DNA of 25,404 nucleotides from a virus (taxonomy: Duplodnaviria > Caudoviricetes): the IMG/VR virus record IMGVR_UViG_3300017963_002402, positions 1-25,404 of that record. One strand, given 5' to 3'. Under the pieces are notes generated by a model that had not been told where the DNA came from, made no database searches, and worked only from the letters and a program-made list of their open reading frames with translations. The position numbers and the translations under genes were made by a program. Below are positions 1-6,018 of this stretch, in pieces; the first letter of the stretch is position 1, and each line of letters begins with the position of its first letter.

Positions 1-495
1 ATACTTGAGGTTGGTGACTTCGTAGGATTGAGTTTAACAGGTACCGGGATCAATGCAATTGGGTGGGTTAGGTCCATATCGTATAATCTTCGGGACAACC
101 GCATTGATTACGAGATCGCAGTGCCGCCGGATGACTGGTTTCAGACATACGATCCGCCCTCTGCTATATATACGGATCCGCCGGACAAACACTTTTACGA
201 GTATGACCAGGGCACGCCTCCAATTCTAGATAATCCGCCTGAACCTTCGGACCCGTCTCCAGCCGGCAGTACCGGGGGTTCGTTGTTTGGGGAAATTACG
301 GTAGATAACAACGACGGGACATATACAGTACAGGACCAAAACGGGGAAAGCCACGCGGGTATTCAGGCGTATATGATGCAAGGTGTGAACCTATTTGAGG
401 GCAATGGTACTGATGCAACAAACAAGTATGTAATGGTTCATTATGATGGCGATGACTGGTATATAGTCGGATGGCGTCCGATTAGGACAGTATAG
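1..495 (+). CDS. C-terminal part of a probable tail/virion structural protein (5'-truncated by window)
   Basis: Frame is open from base 1 (ILEVGDFVGLSL...); 'LEVGDxVxL' followed by beta-rich segments is typical of tail-tip proteins; acidic, G/T/D/P-rich. Confidence 0.5.
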   Translation: MLEVGDFVGLSLTGTGINAIGWVRSISYNLRDNRIDYEIAVPPDDWFQTYDPPSAIYTDPPDKHFYEYDQGTPPILDNPPEPSDPSPAGSTGGSLFGEITVDNNDGTYTVQDQNGESHAGIQAYMMQGVNLFEGNGTDATNKYVMVHYDGDDWYIVGWRPIRTV

Positions 496-496
496 T

Positions 497-1441
497 ATGG
501 GATGGACTAATACACCAACAGCCGTAACGCCTGAAGTCCAATGGCTCGTTGATGTATACAATGCCCTTGATGACCGTATCGATCAGGTCAATGATTGCCT
601 AACATCTACGGTATCATGGAATACATTAACAGCAAGTGCGGATCCCGGCACGCCTACGGCTGCGCGAGGTTGGCGTGATTGGAAACAATATAGGGATGCG
701 GCCGAGGCTCTATGCCCGTACTTTTGCAATGGCACGACACTAGACACGTTGACGTTTGCCGGACTATGTAATGATGCATGGTCTACTAACGATTGGCGTA
801 ATACCGATATGCCTCATATCCCGCATTTGACCCATGACTTACTTGATATGAAAACCATACTCGATGAGTTGACATGGGTATGGCATGCTTCAGGCACAGG
901 GTGGACTAACGGCAGAGGTTTACGGTACTATGCTAGTCGAGCAACGCCTGTAAGTTATGAAACCGTTTGGGATGACGCGCACGGTGCCGGGGCAGGGTTG
1001 ACATATACAACCTCCATTTGTGGCATCAATCAAGTAGAGTTGTCGGGCCGGGCTTATGTATACGACGAGGCACAGGTTCGGGATTTTGGGAACGTAAGTA
1101 TTGGAAGCCCTGATACGCTAAAGATTAGGTTGGAGGGAACGCGGATTGTTAGTGGTGCCGGCGGTGATTTTGCTTTCCATATTGAAGGGGCTAATGTTGA
1201 GCCTGTACCTGCCGCGGGTGATCCAAAGGCCATGACTTCTATGTGTACAACGGACGCTGATGGGGCAGGTTCTTTTAGTCACGTAGAAACTATAACAGAT
1301 TGGTATAGGTACGTAAGGGCGACTCATGAGAATTGGTTTGATGCAGACTCGCCCATGGGTGATAACGAGGGCCAAGAAAACGCCACGACAGGATTGACAG
1401 CTATACGGTACGGAATGGAATATACATTTACACCATTTTGA
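497..1441 (+). CDS. Putative virion structural/tail-associated protein (314 aa)
   Basis: Starts 1 nt after previous stop; T/G/W/D-rich, helical N-terminus and beta-rich C-terminal domain; no catalytic motif recognised. Confidence 0.45.
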   Translation: MGWTNTPTAVTPEVQWLVDVYNALDDRIDQVNDCLTSTVSWNTLTASADPGTPTAARGWRDWKQYRDAAEALCPYFCNGTTLDTLTFAGLCNDAWSTNDWRNTDMPHIPHLTHDLLDMKTILDELTWVWHASGTGWTNGRGLRYYASRATPVSYETVWDDAHGAGAGLTYTTSICGINQVELSGRAYVYDEAQVRDFGNVSIGSPDTLKIRLEGTRIVSGAGGDFAFHIEGANVEPVPAAGDPKAMTSMCTTDADGAGSFSHVETITDWYRYVRATHENWFDADSPMGDNEGQENATTGLTAIRYGMEYTFTPF

Positions 1442-1464
1442 TTAGCTATATAGGACAGGGTCTT

Positions 1465-1725
1465 ATGCCACATTGGGTAGATAAGAAGGGCTCATACAGG
1501 GCTGCGCACGATAGGGCCATGGAAAGGGCCATGGATGAGCTAGTAGGGGAAGACTGGAAGACGATCCGGTTGGCGTTGATCAAGGCGAGGCATAGCCTGC
1601 GGATCCACGGTAGGACGCACGCTGCCGAGGCCACGACAGCCGTTGCAACGGCGATGTTGACGCACTGGACGGACATGGCCGACCTCGCAGGGCATACGGG
1701 TAGACAGGCAGCCGACACGCCTTAG
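1465..1725 (+). CDS. Hypothetical protein (start may be TTG 1438 or ATG 1465)
   Basis: ORF directly after structural genes; last ORF before the non-coding region. Confidence 0.45.
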   Translation: MPHWVDKKGSYRAAHDRAMERAMDELVGEDWKTIRLALIKARHSLRIHGRTHAAEATTAVATAMLTHWTDMADLAGHTGRQAADTP

Positions 1726-1844
1726 ACGGCCTGTCCGTGCGTCTATCGGCCTATCGTAGGAAGCAAGAGAAGAACGCAAGTTGTGTGCCGTGGCAGGCGA
1801 AATGTGCCAAAAAGTGGGCAAAATAGTACGTTACCTCGTAACGT

Positions 1845-1874
1845 TTGCAAAGTGGAAGCACGCGTTGCAAAGTG
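1845..1874. repeat. Direct repeat TTGCAAAGTG x2 at 20-bp period (candidate activator site)
   Basis: TTGCAAAGTG at 1845-1854 and 1865-1874. Confidence 0.5.
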
Positions 1875-1883
1875 AACGATTGA

Positions 1884-2201
1884 CGTAAGCTTCGCAACGG
1901 GTGGAGGTTACGGCAAAAAGCGCGTCTTCGGCACGTTGAAAAGTATTGCAATCTGAAAGCTTTTGCGGATATTTTGTCGTGGTTCGACGGGCTGCGCCGG
2001 TTGTGCGATTTACACAACACGCGTTGAAAAAAAACGACAAGTCCGCAAGTGCAACGGTGGCAAGGGCTTACGGCAAATCTCGGCCAGAATGGGACTGACC
2101 GTTGGGGTTTTTTCGCAACAATGGCGGGGCGTCCACAGCCGGCCGAAAAAACTGCCAGAATATTTCCGTTGCCGTAACATCATGCCCGTTGCGGGCTTAC
2201 G
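1884..2201. repeat. Three 29-bp sites CG(T/C)AA-N19-TTACG
   Basis: 1884-1912 CGTAA..TTACG, 2044-2072 CGCAA..TTACG, 2173-2201 CGTAA..TTACG; identical span, each followed by G. Confidence 0.7.
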
Positions 2202-2228
2202 GAAACGTATCGGAATATCGGCACGCAA

Positions 2229-2245
2229 CGGCACAAGGCTTGCAT
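2229..2245 (+). promoter_or_regulatory. Sigma54 (RpoN)-type -24/-12 promoter
   Basis: CGGCACAAGGCTTGCAT matches YTGGCAC-N5-TTGCW; GG 2230-2231 and GC 2242-2243 are separated by exactly 10 nt; lies upstream of the early gene cluster. Confidence 0.65.
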
Positions 2246-2269
2246 ATACAAACGGTGAAAGGCAACGAT

Positions 2270-2550
2270 GAACTTTGACAATTAAACCGCATCGCAGATG
2301 GCAAGCTAAAGTGTAACGGCAGAACCGACCTGCCAGCCACATAAGACGACGAGGTACAAGGCCAGAGGTTGACGCTATCGACGTTAGCCTTGCCGTAGGA
2401 AAGGCCGCCTGAAGTTACCGGCGTAAAGCATGAGCAAAACTCGCAACGGGACAGGTAGACATTGACGAAACAACTTCTCGGCATGGTAGGCGGAAACCTC
2501 TGCCGTGCCGTTTGGACGGAAGCTGCGTTGATATCCCAGCGTTTAGCGGA
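2270..2550 (+). ncRNA. Structured 5' leader of early transcript with boxA-like CTTTGACAAT
   Basis: Hairpins GGCAG/CTGCC (2318-2334), AGGTTGACG/CGTTAGCCT (2366-2390), CGGCATGGTAGG/TCTGCCGTGCCG (2479-2510); no convincing ORF. Confidence 0.4.
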
Positions 2551-2558
2551 GACGAGAC

Positions 2559-2816
2559 ATGGCGGAACATTATGCGGCAAGGCTTAAGCGAGAGATTGAG
2601 GATTTGAAGCTGGAAAAGGCACAGGCGAGACAATATGCGGCAAGGCTTAAGCGAGAGATTGAGGATTTGAAGCTGGAAAAGGCACAGGCGAGACAATCGC
2701 TTTTGGATTTGGTGGTGTATCTTAGGGACGAGAAATTCTTCGTTGACACCACGGTACAAACGCAGGACGTTGTTAGTCGGTTGCAGGACGCATTGGGTAT
2801 CTTGCAGGCATATTGA
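2559..2816 (+). CDS. Small coiled-coil early protein with a duplicated 21-aa unit
   Basis: GGAGACGA-N3-ATG start; YAARLKREIEDLKLEKAQARQ twice. Confidence 0.7.
   Translation: MAEHYAARLKREIEDLKLEKAQARQYAARLKREIEDLKLEKAQARQSLLDLVVYLRDEKFFVDTTVQTQDVVSRLQDALGILQAY
2571..2697 (+). repeat. Perfect 63-bp tandem duplication
   Basis: TATGCGGCAAGG...GCGAGACAA at 2571-2633 and 2634-2696. Confidence 0.95.
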
Positions 2817-2832
2817 TTGTAGGAGACGATGT

Positions 2833-3159
2833 ATGAGCGTAACCATTGCTGTCAGGGGTTTGAAAGACGGCCCCGAGCTGAACGTTGCAAATCGCAACTT
2901 CAGCATGATCTGGTCAGCCCTCGGCTTCGAGGTCGAGTGGGTGGGCAGCATGGACGGGCGTTGTCTAAGCCGTGCGGTCAAGAACACTGACATGGAGCTA
3001 CTGCTCCGCGCTGGACACGAGTCCGGCGGACCTGGTACGGGACAGGTTCATTGGGTTGAGCGTGGCGTGGACGTTGCTAGGGCGAGCAACTATCTCATTA
3101 TGCTGCTATCGATTTGCCGTGTGGCTGAGAAGGCGGAAAGTCCTGTTGATTGGGGATAA
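2833..3159 (+). CDS. Hypothetical early protein (MSVTIAVRG...)
   Basis: AGGAGACGA RBS before in-frame ATG 2833; 'ELNVANRNF..IWSALG' and terminal 'V.WG' resemble small phage proteins. Confidence 0.7.
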   Translation: MSVTIAVRGLKDGPELNVANRNFSMIWSALGFEVEWVGSMDGRCLSRAVKNTDMELLLRAGHESGGPGTGQVHWVERGVDVARASNYLIMLLSICRVAEKAESPVDWG

Positions 3160-3167
3160 TCGTAACA

Positions 3168-3187
3168 GGGGCTCCTACGGGAGCCCC
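3168..3187 (+). promoter_or_regulatory. Intergenic hairpin with C(UACG)G tetraloop
   Basis: GGGGCTCC-TACG-GGAGCCCC, perfect 8-bp stem; no U-tract. Confidence 0.7.
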
Positions 3188-3202
3188 ACATGGAGACGAT
3201 AC

Positions 3203-3454
3203 ATGGGACAGTGGACAACAAAGCTTGTGACATTGCGGAAAGACCTTGCGAAAGCTATACGGGAACGGCACGGTAAGGCGGTAGTAATCAACGGGGCAAG
3301 ATGGCTTGACGGGCGTTACCTATGGAATTATAACAAGACGGAGCGCTATCGTCGGGCGGAGATGTTTGCACAAGCACCGGGATATCAGCGCACAAGGTTT
3401 GAAGTCACGGTATGGATGGACGGGACCTTTCACGCTAGGGCATTGCCGACTTAG
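3203..3454 (+). CDS. Hypothetical basic early protein (MGQWTTK...)
   Basis: GGAGACGA-N3-ATG at 3192-3205, in frame with ORF 2972..3454. Confidence 0.65.
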   Translation: MGQWTTKLVTLRKDLAKAIRERHGKAVVINGARWLDGRYLWNYNKTERYRRAEMFAQAPGYQRTRFEVTVWMDGTFHARALPT

Positions 3455-3465
3455 GAGATGAACAG

Positions 3466-3639
3466 ATGAACAGGTTTATGGAGTGGCAGATGTCGTTGGA
3501 TTACAGAGACCCAGACCTGGTGATTGGCAACCCGCTTGTGTTTCGGGAATATGAAGACAAGGTTATGGGGTATGATGACGATGACCAGGCAGAGGCACGC
3601 TGGGAACGACAGGCAGTTGACCGCACGGCAGACAAGTAG
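3466..3639 (+). CDS. Small acidic protein, 57 aa, not in ORF track (MNRFMEWQMSLDYRDPD...DRTADK)
   Basis: AGGAG at 3453-3457, ATG 3466, TAG 3637-3639; fills the gap between neighbouring genes. Confidence 0.65.
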   Translation: MNRFMEWQMSLDYRDPDLVIGNPLVFREYEDKVMGYDDDDQAEARWERQAVDRTADK

Positions 3640-3642
3640 AAA

Positions 3643-3699
3643 GCCGAAACGCCCCTAACGGGGCGTCGCCTGTGGATGGACTCCCAGGCCTGACGAGGC
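3643..3699 (+). ncRNA. Type II hammerhead ribozyme
   Basis: GCC-GAAAC-[GCCCC TAAC GGGGC]-GTC-[GCCTG..CAGGC]-CTGACGA-GGC: complete core (GAAA, GUC site, CUGANGA) with stems I-III; predicted cut after C3667. Confidence 0.88.
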
Positions 3700-3730
3700 A
3701 GCCCCTCGATAACAATATTGGAGACGAACA

Positions 3731-4135
3731 ATGCTAGTGGAGCTAGAAACGGAATCGTATAATCGCCGCCGCTATGGGAAGCCCTGGATTGCAGTGGTTG
3801 ACTTTTCCGAAGATTCAAAAGGGAAATTCACTTTTGGGGAGTGGATTGGTGCACAAGGGGAGGGGGGAATCCTGGTGGTTGAAGGTGAGCCAGGCGATAT
3901 CATCGCCCGGGGGCAAAAGGATTTCCGGAAGCCGCGCAATAGCGCTCCGGAGTATTATCAATTACAACAGGACGGGTCGTTGGGTTGTATAGTTGCCAAA
4001 GCTACTGCATATACGATGTGGCGAGAGAATCAGGGGAAGCCGAAACCGACTGGTTTTGAGGGTTTCACGGATAGCGAGATCCTGGCAGAAGCCGAGCGGA
4101 GAGGTCTTATGATTGCGGCCGAACGTCACGCCTGA
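3731..4135 (+). CDS. Hypothetical phage early protein (134 aa)
   Basis: GGAGACGA-N3-ATG; 'YNRRRYGKPWIA' and 'GDIIARGQKDFR' blocks look like a conserved phage family. Confidence 0.75.
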   Translation: MLVELETESYNRRRYGKPWIAVVDFSEDSKGKFTFGEWIGAQGEGGILVVEGEPGDIIARGQKDFRKPRNSAPEYYQLQQDGSLGCIVAKATAYTMWRENQGKPKPTGFEGFTDSEILAEAERRGLMIAAERHA

Positions 4136-4150
4136 CGCGCGGACAGGCAG

Positions 4151-4212
4151 CCTGGCGCAATCGGATTGGCGGAGGCATGCTTTGCCATACCGATGCATCC
4201 GATTGCGTCAGG
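4151..4212 (+). promoter_or_regulatory. Long intergenic stem-loop (16-bp stem), candidate RNA processing site
   Basis: CCTGGCGCAATCGGAT (4151-4166) pairs with ATCCGATTGCGTCAGG (4197-4212), one G-U pair. Confidence 0.65.
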
Positions 4213-4238
4213 GGCGATTTTTTCGGAGGGAGACGACG

Positions 4239-4520
4239 ATGTTAGTAATTAGAAGTAGTGGCACTGCCCATGGTGCGGGTAGCGACCCATTTAAATGGGT
4301 TTCGTTTCTGACTGCACGGGAACGCCAGATAGTACGAGAGGGCGGGCGGGATGGTGATGGCAAGGCGGTGGTATATGTTACTGAGGGTGTCAGGGCATAT
4401 GCCGGCAATCCGCCGTATCGAGCCGTACGGTATATCAACGGGCGGTACGTGCATCGAATCCCGACGGCTATTGAATGCACGGCAATTGATGCATATTGCC
4501 AGGAGGCGAGCAATGCCTGA
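4239..4520 (+). CDS. Hypothetical early protein (MLVIRSSG...)
   Basis: GGAGACGA-N2-ATG, in frame with ORF 4113..4520. Confidence 0.65.
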   Translation: MLVIRSSGTAHGAGSDPFKWVSFLTARERQIVREGGRDGDGKAVVYVTEGVRAYAGNPPYRAVRYINGRYVHRIPTAIECTAIDAYCQEASNA

Positions 4521-4707
4521 CGTGGCAGAACGACTGGACCGGTTGGAGACCTATCTACGCAGCTTGATTGACAAGGCGAGGCGAGACGGGTACAAGGCGG
4601 ATTGGCAGAACAGGACGGATGCCGTCGGCATATATCAGCAGCACGAAGCAAGTCTCAAGTATGCCCTACGGTATGCCGAAACGGGCTTGCTGGCAGACGA
4701 GGTTTGA
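4513..4707 (+). CDS. Hypothetical helical protein (MPDVAERLD...)
   Basis: AGGAGG RBS at 4501-4506; 8-nt overlap with previous gene. Confidence 0.65.
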   Translation: MPDVAERLDRLETYLRSLIDKARRDGYKADWQNRTDAVGIYQQHEASLKYALRYAETGLLADEV

Positions 4708-4758
4708 TAGTATCAGGTTTGCGGTTCTGGAACCTTTTGATCCCTTGGAGGTAGTGTT

Positions 4759-5319
4759 ATGAGTAAGGCGTTGAAGTGTGTTCACTGCGAGTTCGAATTT
4801 GCCCCGGTCGTGACGTGCCCAGAATGCAATAAGGAGTTCACTGTGGGTCAGAGAAAACGGCGTGAAGACAGCAACTTGGGCAAGATGCGGATTTGGGTTG
4901 ACGAGCAAGGGGATTCGGAATGGAACGGCGAGGCCTTCGGTCAGGCGGCTTTGGAGCGTGGCGTGCCCATCATGGGCATCCAGCCTCTGTTGTATCAGTT
5001 GCGCAAGGCGGGTGATGTCGCTATCGTCAAGCGTGGTGTCTATCGGTCTGGCAGCAATGCCAGTGCTACGGAGGCAACCCCTGAGGCTACCGAGCCTGAG
5101 GTTGCCGAGGCATCCGAACCGCAGCCAGAACCGACGCCTGAAATCGTTCAGGAGTCCGGCGGGGGGAACGGGGATGTTGATCTGACTGGGATTGCCGAAG
5201 AAGACATTGCCTACATCAAGTCGGGGTATTTCGCAGATATGGATCAGACCGCTAGGGCGGTCTGGCAGAGGAAGAAGGGTATCACCCCCTCACAGGTCAA
5301 TCACATTCGCAATCCGTAA
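4759..5319 (+). CDS. Zinc-ribbon protein with acidic linker, possible DNA-binding regulator
   Basis: GGAGG RBS; CVHC...CPEC at N-terminus; winged-helix-like 'LYQLRKAGDVAIVKRGVYR'; E/P/A-rich linker. Confidence 0.65.
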   Translation: MSKALKCVHCEFEFAPVVTCPECNKEFTVGQRKRREDSNLGKMRIWVDEQGDSEWNGEAFGQAALERGVPIMGIQPLLYQLRKAGDVAIVKRGVYRSGSNASATEATPEATEPEVAEASEPQPEPTPEIVQESGGGNGDVDLTGIAEEDIAYIKSGYFADMDQTARAVWQRKKGITPSQVNHIRNP

Positions 5320-5324
5320 CTAAG

Positions 5325-5560
5325 CCCGGCGATCAAAAAGTAGAATGGAGGTGGTGCCTGGCAACGGCCTACCAAACCATGTCACGCTTCCTATGTGGTC
5401 TTAAATTGCGGACTAGGCCACCGCAAGACAATATAGCATAGAAAGGTAGAGCAGCACCGATGGACAGATAACGGACAGGCCGGGTAGCACCTTATAGGAC
5501 CTGATGTGTTGCCCGGCAAGCCCGGTCTCGCTGAACCGGCAGGGAGTGGGGCCGGGCATT
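5325..5560 (+). ncRNA. Candidate structured ncRNA upstream of tRNA-like element
   Basis: Nested pairs CCCGGC/GCCGGG (5325/5479), GGTGC/GCACC (5353/5454), CTACC/GGTAG (5369/5445), CTATG/CATAG (5391/5437), TTGCGG/CCGCAA (5406/5421); 12-bp hairpin 5479-5517. Confidence 0.45.
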
Positions 5561-5649
5561 GGGCGTGTAGTCTAGCAGGAACGACGCCGTTTGATAGGTC
5601 TGCAAACCGGTGTCAAACGGAGATGTTGGTTCGAGTCCAACCGCGCCCT
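5561..5649 (+). tRNA. tRNA-like RNA with extended anticodon arm (apical CTGCAAA, GCA/Cys-like; U73)
   Basis: Acceptor GGGCGTG/CGCGCCC, D arm GTC..GG..GAC, T arm GTTGG-TTCGAGT-CCAAC; 10-bp stem CCGTTTGATA/TGTCAAACGG encloses GGTCTGCAAACCGG; 17 nt longer than a standard tRNA; no CCA. Confidence 0.75.
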
Positions 5650-5785
5650 TAGCCCGGCATGTGCCGTAAGGCTAGATTGTCTGGCAACTGTATGGCATGT
5701 CTACTGAGAAGGGCATGCCCCGGAATTCAAAGAAACCCTAGGGTTAAACAATGCATCTACGTATCACAACACTTAATGTCAGGAT

Positions 5786-5819
5786 CCGGGCTTTGTGCAT
5801 TGTGCCCGGTTTTTCTTTT
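5786..5819 (+). terminator. Intrinsic terminator-like hairpin
   Basis: CCGGGC-N12-GCCCGG followed by TTTTTCTTTT. Confidence 0.6.
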
Positions 5820-5838
5820 CAACGTAGGAGTTGGTAGT

Positions 5839-6003
5839 ATGGCACAGACCAAGCGGCAGATGAAGGCTTATGCGGCACTGCGGAAGGCTGCGCTCGAGGT
5901 GATTGCGGCAGACAAGGCAGCACGAAAACCTAGGCAAGCGAAAGCAAAGGCAAAGGCAAAGGCAAAGGCACTAGTGACAACGGAACCTGAACCTGCTGTG
6001 TAG
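5839..6003 (+). CDS. Small basic Ala/Lys-rich protein (MAQTKRQMK...AKAKAKAKAKA)
   Basis: TAGGAG RBS at 5825-5830; in-frame ATG 5839. Confidence 0.65.
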   Translation: MAQTKRQMKAYAALRKAALEVIAADKAARKPRQAKAKAKAKAKALVTTEPEPAV

Positions 6004-6018
6004 ATAGGAGCGCATGGA

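Noticed and set aside
2407-2475. Second hammerhead (CTGAAG...GAAAC)
   Set aside because: Core reads CTGAAGT rather than CTGANGA and the stems cannot be formed.
1751-2580. ORFs called in the control region (1751..2020, 1963..2271, 2010..2342, 2197..2580)
   Set aside because: No RBS, Cys/Arg-rich random-like translations, and they overlap promoter and repeat elements.
2571-2697. CRISPR array
   Set aside because: Two adjacent copies with no spacers, in frame within a gene.
5592-5615. Spliceable tRNA intron
   Set aside because: No bulge-helix-bulge, far too short for group I, and removing 17 nt does not yield a loop with U33 on the 5-bp stem.
5325-5760. tmRNA or HDV-like (theta) ribozyme next to the tRNA-like element
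   Set aside because: No Ala G3:U70 acceptor or tag ORF; could not build the HDV nested double pseudoknot by eye.
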